A stretch of 64,000 nucleotides of DNA from Cellvibrionaceae bacterium (lineage in GTDB: Bacteria > Pseudomonadota > Gammaproteobacteria > Pseudomonadales > Cellvibrionaceae): the NCBI GenBank assembly GCA_028281575.1, contig JANQJP010000030.1, forward strand, positions 67,401 to 131,400, in the 5' to 3' direction. A program made the position numbers and the translations under genes. Below the pieces are notes generated by a model. It saw nothing but the letters and a program-made list of their open reading frames with translations, was not told the origin of the DNA and did no database searches. This document shows positions 29,350 through 38,971 of this stretch, piece after piece; positions within the stretch are counted from its first letter, which is position 1, and every line of letters begins with the position of its first letter.

Positions 29350-29502
29350 GCTCACGTCGCTTAACGGCAAAGCACTTCCCTTGTAAGGAAGATGATGACG
29401 GTTCAAATAATTTGACAGGATCAAATTAAGGCGTCCTTTAGGGCGGTTACGAAGTAACTGTTTTACATGGATGTAAAACATCAATCCAGTCCGTGAGCTC
29501 CA
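29350..29502 (+). tRNA. tRNA-Thr(TGT)-like with an ~80-nt insertion after the T-loop (153 nt).
   Basis: Acceptor gctcacg/cgtgagc + U + CCA. D-stem gctt/aagc. Anticodon arm cttcc-cttgtaa-ggaag. T-loop ttcaaat, then the insert. Confidence 0.5.
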
Positions 29503-29506
29503 ATTT

Positions 29507-29582
29507 GCTCGATTAGTTTAATTGAAGAAAACGCTGGCGTGCGAAGCCGGTAATGCAGGTTTGAATCCTGCATCGAGCGCCA
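29507..29582 (+). tRNA. tRNA-Arg (GCG; unusual anticodon).
   Basis: Acceptor gctcgat/atcgagc, anticodon arm ctggc-gtgcgaa-gccgg, G73, CCA. Confidence 0.55.
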
Positions 29583-29594
29583 ATTTATTTTTTT

Positions 29595-29669
29595 CCGCTC
29601 GTGGCGTAATGGTAGCGCATCGGCCTTTTAAGCCGACAGGTGTAGGTTCAAGTCCTACCGGGCGGACCA
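29595..29669 (+). tRNA. tRNA-Lys (TTT).
   Basis: Anticodon arm tcggc-cttttaa-gccga, A73, CCA. Confidence 0.75.
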
Positions 29670-29676
29670 ATTCTTT

Positions 29677-29752
29677 GCTCCCGTAGCTCAATGAATAGAG
29701 CACTTGTCTTCGAAACAAGTTGATGCTGGTTTGAATCCAGCCGGGAGTGCCA
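29677..29752 (+). tRNA. tRNA-Arg (TCG).
   Basis: D-arm tagctcaatgaatagagc, anticodon arm cttgt-cttcgaa-acaag, G73, CCA. Confidence 0.65.
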
Positions 29753-29776
29753 ATTAACGATAAGAGAATACTTAGG

Positions 29777-29849
29777 GGTGGCTATAGCATAGTGCCAATG
29801 CCCCTGGTTGTGATCCAGGTTGACATGGGTTCGAATCCCATTAGTCACC
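29777..29849 (+). tRNA. tRNA-His (GTG) with G-1:C73, embedded in a 13-bp inverted-repeat extension.
   Basis: Extra 5' G pairs with C73 (His identity). Anticodon arm cctgg-ttgtgat-ccagg. Flanks gagaatacttagg / cctaagtattctc are perfect inverted repeats. No CCA. Confidence 0.7.
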
Positions 29850-29886
29850 CCTAAGTATTCTCAATTACTCAATCAAGGAGAGCATC

Positions 29887-30180
29887 ATGCGCATAGCACT
29901 AAGTAAACGCGAGTGTTATCACGCAGATATTTATTGCAGTGATAGCAACTCCGCGAAAAAAATACTAAGAGAAAATCCGATTTCCATATTAGCCGTGGAT
30001 TTTTATTTGTATGGCCGTGAAAACGGTACTCATGTCTTAGCATGGGCTAGGACAAAAAAACTACTTCCACATTATGTAGTGGTAACAGAAAGCGACCGCA
30101 ATAAACGTGTTCTATTAGCTGAAGAGCTCACGAAAGGAGGTTACAACTCTGCTGATGGAACAACATTTATAAAACATTAA
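29887..30180 (+). CDS. Hypothetical small protein inside the tRNA array.
   Basis: Strong SD (aaggaga) 8 nt upstream of ATG. 97 aa. Fold unknown; weak resemblance to receiver-like domains. Confidence 0.45.
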   Translation: MRIALSKRECYHADIYCSDSNSAKKILRENPISILAVDFYLYGRENGTHVLAWARTKKLLPHYVVVTESDRNKRVLLAEELTKGGYNSADGTTFIKH

Positions 30181-30181
30181 T

Positions 30182-30258
30182 GTCCTCGTGGCTCAACTGG
30201 AGAGCGCAACGGATTTCTACTCCGTAGGTTGTGGGTTCGAATCCTACCGGGGACGCCA
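30182..30258 (+). tRNA. tRNA-Arg (TCT).
   Basis: D-arm tggctcaactggagagc, anticodon arm acgga-tttctac-tccgt, G73, CCA. Confidence 0.65.
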
Positions 30259-30284
30259 GTATAGCAACCAGTAGGAGCAACGAG

Positions 30285-30842
30285 ATGGGCAGAGTATTGC
30301 GCTTAGATATTTCCGGAACGCCAACTTCTTGGCTTTCGCGGAAAGAAGCGGCCGTTTTATATGTTAAAAATTTAGTGCAGTGGGAACTTGGAGATAAAAG
30401 TTTAGTTATCTTCGGAGGAACAAACCGATTAACCGGAAAACAATCTTCGTTGGAAATCAGCCCAGTTATTGCAACTCGAGGTGATACTCATCGAAGAAAA
30501 TTGGTTTCCGGATTTAATAATCGAATGCTATTCCGTCGAGACAATTATCACTGCATGTACTGTGGTGGAAAATTTAGTCACGTAGAATTGACACGAGATC
30601 ACGTAGTACCGCGTGCACAAGGAGGATTAGATATTTGGGAAAATGTTGTGGCAGCCTGTGGAAGGTGCAATCACTTTAAAGCGGACCGCACACCTGAACA
30701 AGCGGGTATGAAGTTATTAGCCATACCTTTTAGACCAAATATATTTGAATCCATGTACTTAGCACAACACAAAGTACTAGCAGATCAAATGGAATACTTG
30801 GAAAAACAATTTTCAGGTAAAAGAACTTGGAAAGCGGCGTAA
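30285..30842 (+). CDS. HNH endonuclease.
   Basis: DHVVPRAQGG...WENVVAACGRCNHFK HNH/ββα-Me motif with a Cys zinc knuckle (CMYCGG). SD aggag upstream of the ATG at 30285. The longer ORF annotated from 30231 would overlap the tRNA. Confidence 0.8.
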   Translation: MGRVLRLDISGTPTSWLSRKEAAVLYVKNLVQWELGDKSLVIFGGTNRLTGKQSSLEISPVIATRGDTHRRKLVSGFNNRMLFRRDNYHCMYCGGKFSHVELTRDHVVPRAQGGLDIWENVVAACGRCNHFKADRTPEQAGMKLLAIPFRPNIFESMYLAQHKVLADQMEYLEKQFSGKRTWKAA

Positions 30843-30975
30843 ATTACTTACGTCGTATTCCATACAGAAGTTTATATCTTCGCCGAGAGTTAGCGGAACT
30901 GGTTCTGTACGCCAGTCTGGCACAAGCGTTGTTAACGTGCTGTGTACCAATTCGAAAGCGGGAATAAATTGGATG

Positions 30976-31052
30976 GTTTTTGTAGCTCATTCGGGTAGAG
31001 CAATAGACTCATAATCTATCGGTAGCGGGTTCGATTCCCGTCAAAAACACCA
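30976..31052 (+). tRNA. tRNA-Met or Ile2 (CAT), second copy.
   Basis: Acceptor gtttttg/caaaaac, D-arm tagctcattcgggtagagc, anticodon arm ataga-ctcataa-tctat, A73, CCA. Confidence 0.65.
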
Positions 31053-31421
31053 CGTCGTCTCCAAAACGACTCTATGGGAAGGCCGAGAGGCTTGAGGTTC
31101 GAGTCCTCACAAGACTTTCACTCTTGTTTAAAATCTACGAGAGGTCCATGATCTTGAATTGGGTAGGTCAGTAGCGAAAGCCATTGGCTGATCACAATTC
31201 AGGGTGCCGACAATATAGCCGGGTTAGATGGGTCGAATTGGCACGATGACATTCTATGAATGTGATGCGTTTATACACCACCTCAATATAAAAGGATGAT
31301 TGTTGGGTGAGTGATAAATAAATCCACTCCTCTAGAATGAACTCCTGCCGATTCCAAATGTGATCCCCCTGTATTCGAGGGTGGGCCTCGCCATTAATTT
31401 TTTAAGGCAAAAGGAAATACG

Positions 31422-32579
31422 ATGTTCTTTTTAAAAACAGTTGATATTGCCGATAACGAACGAGCGTTGCTCTTTGATCGAGATCGGCTACAAAAAGTAC
31501 TTGGCCCAGGGCGACACCGCTTGTCTACTTTTGGGCGAAAGTTAACAGTAGAAAAGTTTGACATTACTTCAGTGCGCTTTGAGCACCCAAAGCTCAAGTT
31601 TTTGGTGCGTCAGTACCAAGCGCTTCTTGAAGACTATGTAGATGTGTTTGAGCTAAATGATAGTGAGGTCGGTGTTATCTACCGCGATCAAAAAATCTCG
31701 GATATTCTACCTCCAAGTAATTTATTGGTTACTTGGAAAGGTGCTGAGGACGTTCGAGTAGATATCGTCGATATCACTAAAAACTATGAAATCAAAGATG
31801 AACTAGTTGCACTTTTAGGTCGAGGCGTAAAAATCGGTACAAGCCGACAAGTTGTGAATGCCATTAGCTATGCAGAGGTACCAGATGAACATGTGGGGCT
31901 TCTACAAGTTAACGGTAAGTTAGAGCGTGTACTTGAGACCGGCGCTTACGCCTTCTGGAAATACAACCGGTCAATTGTAGTAAAGCTGCTTGATTTACGT
32001 GTACAGACCATTGATGTAAGCGGCCAAGAAATCTTGACTAAAGATCGTGTGAGCTTGCGTATTAACTTGTCAGCGAGCTACAACATTGTCGATCCAGAAA
32101 GCGTTGCACTAAAACTGAAAGATTACGCGAACTTTCTGTACTTAGAGCTTCAATTGCGATTGCGAGAAGCCGTGGGCACAAAACTATTAGATGAATTACT
32201 TGAAGATAAGGATGCCCTCAACTCAGTGATCGCGAATGGCGTTAGTGAGAAACTAGCCGAGTTTGGTATAAAGTTGCGAAGTGTGGGTGTAAAAGACATT
32301 ATTCTACCCGGTGATATGAAAGTGATCCTAAATCAAGTTGTCGAAGCTCAAAAAGAAGCCGAAGCTAACGTGATTAAACGACGAGAAGAAACTCAAGCAA
32401 TGCGATCACTACATAACACCGCAAAAGTAATGGAAAACAACCCAGTGCTATTGCGATTGAAGGAGCTTGAAGCGCTAGAACGAATCACTGCAAAAATCGA
32501 TAAGATTTCTGTATATGGTGGTTTAGATAGTGTACTCAATGACATGGTCAAACTAGCTCCTTCCAAACCGGCTCAATAA
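31422..32579 (+). CDS. SPFH/band-7 (stomatin/prohibitin/flotillin/HflK-C-like) domain protein.
   Basis: Central SPFH-like region followed by a long coiled-coil Ala/Glu-rich segment. SD aaggaaa upstream. Confidence 0.75.
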   Translation: MFFLKTVDIADNERALLFDRDRLQKVLGPGRHRLSTFGRKLTVEKFDITSVRFEHPKLKFLVRQYQALLEDYVDVFELNDSEVGVIYRDQKISDILPPSNLLVTWKGAEDVRVDIVDITKNYEIKDELVALLGRGVKIGTSRQVVNAISYAEVPDEHVGLLQVNGKLERVLETGAYAFWKYNRSIVVKLLDLRVQTIDVSGQEILTKDRVSLRINLSASYNIVDPESVALKLKDYANFLYLELQLRLREAVGTKLLDELLEDKDALNSVIANGVSEKLAEFGIKLRSVGVKDIILPGDMKVILNQVVEAQKEAEANVIKRREETQAMRSLHNTAKVMENNPVLLRLKELEALERITAKIDKISVYGGLDSVLNDMVKLAPSKPAQ

Positions 32580-32785
32580 CACCTCCCACTCGTAAGAGTG
32601 GGAGTTTTGAGGAAAGAACAATTAAGACAATTACTTTGTATCGGCCAACAGGCCCGGAAGAGCTAAAACTCGTAGAGGAAAGTGGTTTTAAAAAGTGGCC
32701 TCCTCGGTTACCCGAACAGCCAATTTTTTATCCCGTAACAACCAGTGCTTACGCGGAGAAAATCGCAAGGGACTGGAACGTTAAG

Positions 32786-34033
<1,248 letters not shown>

Positions 34034-34307
34034 AACTAACTGGACGCTTATAACCAGATTCTCTGGGTGAAGCATCGAAGACGTGACATTTTGTTAATGA
34101 TACTGTCTGCGTAGCTCCGTTTTACGGGAAAGGGTTGCATGTCAAAGTAGCAAATACACACGTTTGATATGCCTGCTGGGAGTGGGGGAGCGCAGCATTA
34201 TGATGTGACAAGGCCTGAATCCCTTTACTGCCAATGCCATTTCACAATGGCCATTGTATCAGGAGGGATTCAGGCTTTTTTATGTCAGTTATGTTTTATC
34301 TGTTTTG

Positions 34308-36428
34308 CTAGGGCAGAGCGATAAGGCTGGTTTTTTTGTCGCCGGCCAGGTTGTCGACGGTTACTCTTAATTTACGCTGTTCTTCATGTGTGAACTTGGT
34401 TTTTTCGATGTAAGCAGAATAGGGTTCTGTGTAATCGTGGGCGGCTACCTGCCATTCGCCATTCTCATCGAGATATTCGGTAGTCACTTTTCTCAGCGCT
34501 ATGGGTAAAGCACTTTCGATACTGTATTGGACGTGCCATAAGTGCTCTGCATCTTTGCCTGTCTCTACCTTTTTCAATTGTATGTCTGTGCTCGATGCAG
34601 CGAGTGCTTGTTCGGCTTTAAACACAGCGAAACTAAGACCGGCTAATTCGACTTTTACATTTCCACTCTCGATGTTTATATCAGCATCGCCATAAATATT
34701 TTTATAGGTATCGGCGCTTGCCTTGAGTTCAACGCTTTGCGTCTGAGTGTCAGAATTAAATACCACAAGATATTCCGTTCGCTCTTCAATATCTACGCGC
34801 GAGAAAGCGAACGCCTTGGTGTGAGTATCAAAAAACCTGTTGATCTGGATGCCGCGTCTCAAGGTTGGATGATCGAAGCGAAGTTGGGCAAACTCTTTGA
34901 GTGCACGGTAAATAGGGTGCTCGCTGTTAAAATTATCCTCTGCCGTTGTTTGGGTGCTGCCGAGAAGAATATTATCGTTGTAACTTGCTACTTGTGACGC
35001 GAACATATTTTCGCGTGCGTCTACATCATTTCCATCGCCGGTAAAGCCCTGCTCGTCTCCGTAGTAAACGACAGGAATGCCTCTCGTCATATACATTAAT
35101 GCGTGCGATAAAATGCTGCGCTGGAGTTTCTCTTCACTCGAAGCATCCACAACACCCTGGTTAATAAAATAACCTGTTCTTCCCATATCGTGGTTGCCCA
35201 GGAAAGTGAGTAATAAATCGGCCTGGCTGTCGGCGTCGTTGTAATAATCGTCGTTGTCGATAAGTGTTTTCATCACTTCCGGATTTTGATCCTGATAAAA
35301 GATTTTTGCGGCTGCATCCTGAAAACCAAAATCTAATACCGCAGGCAGTTTTCCGATTGTCGTAAAGCGACTAAGGCTTGCCGGGCTCGGGTCGTATACT
35401 TCACCAAAAATATGGAAATTTGGAATGCCCTCTTTTTTTGCGTGATCCATGATTGCCGGTCCGAATTCCTGCCAGAAGGGGAGTTGTACATGGCGCACAG
35501 TATCGATTCTAAAACCGTCCGGTTTAAATTCACTGATAATGTTTTGGTAAATTTCGATCATGCCTTCGACGACTCGGGGATGCTCTGTGTTGATATCATC
35601 CAAGCCAAAAAAGTCTCCGTAAAGCGAGTTTTCGCCTTCGAAGGTGGTATCTCCCTGATTGTGATAATACTGAGGGTCGTTTAACCATTCGGGGAATTTT
35701 TGGCCTTGTTCTTTCTCTGGGACAAACGGTGTGTAGGTGTCTCCGGCTGCAATTTGCGCGAGGCTCTTATACTCACACCGGTCCAGGCCTTCTTTGAATT
35801 TGCCAGTCTCATCGTGGCACTCCCGATATTTAATTACGTCAGCGGTATGGTTGGTAATAATGTCAAAAAAGATTTTTATACCTTTGGCGTGGGCTGCATT
35901 AATGAGACTTTTTAAATCATCGTTAGTGCCGAAGTGAGAATCTATTTCGGTAAAGTCGACAATCCAGTAACCGTGATGGGCAAAGCCGTCTTTTTGCACG
36001 GCTTTGTTGCGCAATATCGGCGTCATCCATATCGCTGTTATGCCCATGTCTTTTAAATAATCCAGCTTTTCCTCAATGCCCTGCATGTCGCCGCCGTGGA
36101 AGGCCCATTTTGAGCTTCGATCCAAACCGCCACTGGAAATCGCAATTTCCTTTGAGCCATTGTCATTATCTGGGTTCGCATTATTAAACCTGTCGGGCAT
36201 AACAAAATAAAAAACATCGTCCCGCACATCACGATTTAGATAGTCATCGTAAATTGAAGCGGGGCTGGCTTCCGGGCCAGGTGTATTTGCCGGAGTATCT
36301 TCTTTAGAAGCGTCATTCGATTTAGAACAGGCTGTGCCGATGAGGATGGCGCATGCAATAGCGAAAAAAGTACGTATTTTTATAGAGCTCTTCATTACCT
36401 CGGTCTCCTTAATATTCAAATGTGGCAA
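34308..36428 (-). CDS. Secreted GH13 alpha-amylase lipoprotein (paralogue of the amylase domain at 2228).
   Basis: Lipobox IGTACS. GH13 motifs DIITNHTAD, GFRIDTVRHV, FGEVYD, FLGNHD. The first ~500 aa are collinear with the 2228 gene. Confidence 0.85.
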   Translation of the reverse strand: MPHLNIKETEVMKSSIKIRTFFAIACAILIGTACSKSNDASKEDTPANTPGPEASPASIYDDYLNRDVRDDVFYFVMPDRFNNANPDNDNGSKEIAISSGGLDRSSKWAFHGGDMQGIEEKLDYLKDMGITAIWMTPILRNKAVQKDGFAHHGYWIVDFTEIDSHFGTNDDLKSLINAAHAKGIKIFFDIITNHTADVIKYRECHDETGKFKEGLDRCEYKSLAQIAAGDTYTPFVPEKEQGQKFPEWLNDPQYYHNQGDTTFEGENSLYGDFFGLDDINTEHPRVVEGMIEIYQNIISEFKPDGFRIDTVRHVQLPFWQEFGPAIMDHAKKEGIPNFHIFGEVYDPSPASLSRFTTIGKLPAVLDFGFQDAAAKIFYQDQNPEVMKTLIDNDDYYNDADSQADLLLTFLGNHDMGRTGYFINQGVVDASSEEKLQRSILSHALMYMTRGIPVVYYGDEQGFTGDGNDVDARENMFASQVASYNDNILLGSTQTTAEDNFNSEHPIYRALKEFAQLRFDHPTLRRGIQINRFFDTHTKAFAFSRVDIEERTEYLVVFNSDTQTQSVELKASADTYKNIYGDADINIESGNVKVELAGLSFAVFKAEQALAASSTDIQLKKVETGKDAEHLWHVQYSIESALPIALRKVTTEYLDENGEWQVAAHDYTEPYSAYIEKTKFTHEEQRKLRVTVDNLAGDKKTSLIALP

Positions 36429-36798
36429 GTTGTTGTGCCAGTCTTTCGTCTTCTGCCTCGCTGAGTCCGCTTATGCCAACGGCACCAATTACGCGATCGC
36501 TCTTATAAATTGGCACGCCACCGGCAATTCCGGTAATTCTCGCGTCGGTCCAATAACTCATATCCTTGCCTGTCGCTTGTGCCCAGCTGCCGAGCTGGCC
36601 AGAGTTTTGACGGTCTCGAGCGGCCGTATAAGCTTTATTTTGCGCAAGCACCTTTGCCTGCGGGCTCACTTCATCGGTGCGCGCAAAACAAACAAGTTCT
36701 CCGTGCGCATCGGTAACAGCAATAGCTATTTGAAGATCCTTATCTTCTGCGTTTTTAAGCGCATGTGTAACAATAGATTGAGCGGACTTTAAATGCAT
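36409..36798 (-). CDS. GlcG/HbpS-like (DUF336) haem-binding/degrading-domain protein.
   Basis: Central GGVPI...GAVGISG motif typical of the GlcG family. Confidence 0.65.
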   Translation of the reverse strand: MHLKSAQSIVTHALKNAEDKDLQIAIAVTDAHGELVCFARTDEVSPQAKVLAQNKAYTAARDRQNSGQLGSWAQATGKDMSYWTDARITGIAGGVPIYKSDRVIGAVGISGLSEAEDERLAQQLATFEY

Positions 36799-36864
36799 CG
36801 TTGTGTCCCTCCTTTTCAGTATTTATACGTATGTCAGTGTGTGCTTTGTGTTTGCCTGTTGACG

Positions 36865-37836
36865 TTAAGGCAGTGATTCGCCGCGTGCCAGTTGGTAAAG
36901 CTCGTACCATTCACCGCGTGTCAAAGTAATTTCTGTTGCTTTTGAGCACGCCGTTATGCGCGTTGGAGAACTTGTACCGATAATCGGCTGTACCTTTATC
37001 GGGTGGCGCATTAGCCAGGCAAGCACGATGGCTTCGCGGCTGGTGGTGTATGTTTCGGCGAGTTCGGCAACGCGGTTTGCTGTAGCGATGATGGCTTCGG
37101 ATTGGCCGGTCAGGTCGCGCCCGGAAAACAGCCCCTGGCATAAGCTTCCCCAGGACTGAATCTGAATGTGCTGTCTGGTGCAGTATTGCAACGTTCCAGG
37201 GGTGAAATTGATCGCACGGCTGCTGGAATTGCCAACCAAAACGCCTTCGTCGAGCCACGCGAGTCTCTGCAAGCTAATCTCAATTTGGTTTGCGACCAGC
37301 GGCATACTTAATACGCTTTGGAGGTGGGCCAGTTGATGCAGGTGCATATTGGACGCCCCGAAAAATCTTACCTTACCGGCACTTTTAAGTTGGCAGAAGG
37401 CGTCGGCGATTTCTTCGACTTCCATTAATGGGTCGGGTCGATGCAATAACAATACGTCGAGGTAGTCGGTATTCAGGCGCGTTAAGATGTTATCAACTGA
37501 GCCCAATAGCCATTCTTTAGAAAAGTCGTAACGCTTCGGTCCGTTGGCGTCTTCAAAGCGAATGCCGCATTTGGATTGGATAAAGATTTCCTCACGCAAG
37601 TTGGGACGTTCGGCCAGTACCTTGCCGAATGCCTGTTCAGCTTTGCCAAACGTGTAGATATCTGCGTGATCAAAAAAATTGATGCCGCCCTCGAGTGCGG
37701 CGTCCACTGCTTCGCGAAGCAGCCTAAGGTCTTCAGCTGCGAGCGGTGTATTGTCCCAGCCGCCACCAAAACTCATGCAGCCAAGTGAGATTCGGCTTAT
37801 GCCAGGCAGATGTTTATGCAAGGGATGATCTGTCAT
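36865..37836 (-). CDS. Aldo/keto reductase (NADP-dependent oxidoreductase).
   Basis: AKR (beta/alpha)8 signatures: IDTADIY-like DHADIYTFGKAE and LGTSSP C-terminal region. Confidence 0.8.
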   Translation of the reverse strand: MTDHPLHKHLPGISRISLGCMSFGGGWDNTPLAAEDLRLLREAVDAALEGGINFFDHADIYTFGKAEQAFGKVLAERPNLREEIFIQSKCGIRFEDANGPKRYDFSKEWLLGSVDNILTRLNTDYLDVLLLHRPDPLMEVEEIADAFCQLKSAGKVRFFGASNMHLHQLAHLQSVLSMPLVANQIEISLQRLAWLDEGVLVGNSSSRAINFTPGTLQYCTRQHIQIQSWGSLCQGLFSGRDLTGQSEAIIATANRVAELAETYTTSREAIVLAWLMRHPIKVQPIIGTSSPTRITACSKATEITLTRGEWYELYQLARGESLP

Positions 37837-37976
37837 ATAGGTCGCTCTTGGTAGGCCAATCGAGCGTCAATTTTAAGTAGCTGGCGAGGCAAAAGAAGTG
37901 TACATTCGAGAAATCATTGTTCGTTATATAAAATAATCAGATTTAAAGTTTGTTATAGCGTTTTGTTGGAGTAAGG

Positions 37977-38858
37977 GTGAATCGGGAACATAAGAAATTT
38001 GAACGGCTGATATTGTTTAGCGAAGTCGCGCGTTTGCTTAGCTTTACCAGCGCAGCAGAAAACCTGGGTATATCCCGAGGCTACTTGTCAGATCAGGTCA
38101 AACAACTGGAAACCGAGCTGGGAACTGCACTGCTGGTGCGCTCGACCCGCAGCGTGAAACTCACCAAGGCTGGAGAGAATCTGTTGCAGGGCGCGCAAGG
38201 CTTGCGGCGCTCTCTGTTGTCGTTAGAGCGAAACCTGCAACAAGATAGGGATGCTGTGGAAGGCGAGCTTAAAATTACCTCGCCGACACTGTTTTTGCAG
38301 CGCTTTCTTGCCGACATATGCGCGGCGTTTCGTCGGCAGCACCCGGATATTTGTTTTAACATCGATGCGAGTTATACAAGCCATGACTTGATGGCGAGCA
38401 ACTTCGACATCGCTTTTCGTTCGACCAGCGCACCGCCGCAAAATATGGTTGCTAAACCGGTTTTGCGTTATCGGCACCTCTGCTGCGCTGCGCCTGCCTA
38501 TATTGAAAAATTCGGTAAACCTGAAACGCCTGCCGATATAAGCGCTCATCAGTGTTTGACTGCGAGTCAACAGGAAGTGTGGCGATTCTCGCGGGAAACA
38601 GTTGTTGCCGATGGCTGGGTTGTGCTGAATGACAGCCGCTTACTGCGCGAATATGCCTTGGCGGGCGAAGGAATCGTGCGTTTGCCGGAATATGCCCTGG
38701 ACGCCGATATGCGCAGCGGTGAGTTGATTGCCGTGTTGAGCGATGTGCCGACTGACGAACATAGCATTTACATGATTTATCCCCAACTGGTTTATCCGCC
38801 GGTCCGTATAAAGGCGTTTATCGACTTTGTACAGGCGCAGTTTCGCGGATCAAATTAG
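37977..38858 (+). CDS. LysR-family transcriptional regulator, divergent from the aldo/keto reductase gene.
   Basis: N-terminal wHTH (FSEVARLLSFTSAAENLGISRGYLSDQVKQLE) plus a LysR substrate-binding domain. Confidence 0.85.
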   Translation: MNREHKKFERLILFSEVARLLSFTSAAENLGISRGYLSDQVKQLETELGTALLVRSTRSVKLTKAGENLLQGAQGLRRSLLSLERNLQQDRDAVEGELKITSPTLFLQRFLADICAAFRRQHPDICFNIDASYTSHDLMASNFDIAFRSTSAPPQNMVAKPVLRYRHLCCAAPAYIEKFGKPETPADISAHQCLTASQQEVWRFSRETVVADGWVVLNDSRLLREYALAGEGIVRLPEYALDADMRSGELIAVLSDVPTDEHSIYMIYPQLVYPPVRIKAFIDFVQAQFRGSN

Positions 38859-38971
38859 CGGCCATGCCTTGTCTATGGTACTAAGTGCTATTAAATTAGC
38901 CTTAGGCCCCAGGTTAAACGCGAAAATGATTCAGCGACTTGGGTGAAGCTTACGCAGAGGTAAAAATAACA

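Noticed and set aside
31060-31125. Additional tRNA downstream of the last CAT tRNA (T-arm-like tgaggttcgagtcctca).
   Set aside because: No complementary 5' acceptor strand and no D or anticodon arms. It is probably a 3' fragment of a decayed Ser-type tRNA. Not listed as a feature.
25430-31400. Numerous 60–100-aa ORFs on both strands across the tRNA array (e.g. 26601..26786, 26845..27111, 27304..27519, 28140..28394, 28612..28827, 29179..29484).
   Set aside because: They overlap well-formed tRNA cloverleafs or structured RNA. They have no RBS and run against the uniform plus-strand organisation. Treated as ORF-finder artefacts.
36409-36428. 20-nt overlap between the amylase start (36428) and the GlcG-like gene end.
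   Set aside because: The amylase most likely starts at the internal Met preceding the signal peptide (MKSSIKIR..., ~36395), which removes the overlap.
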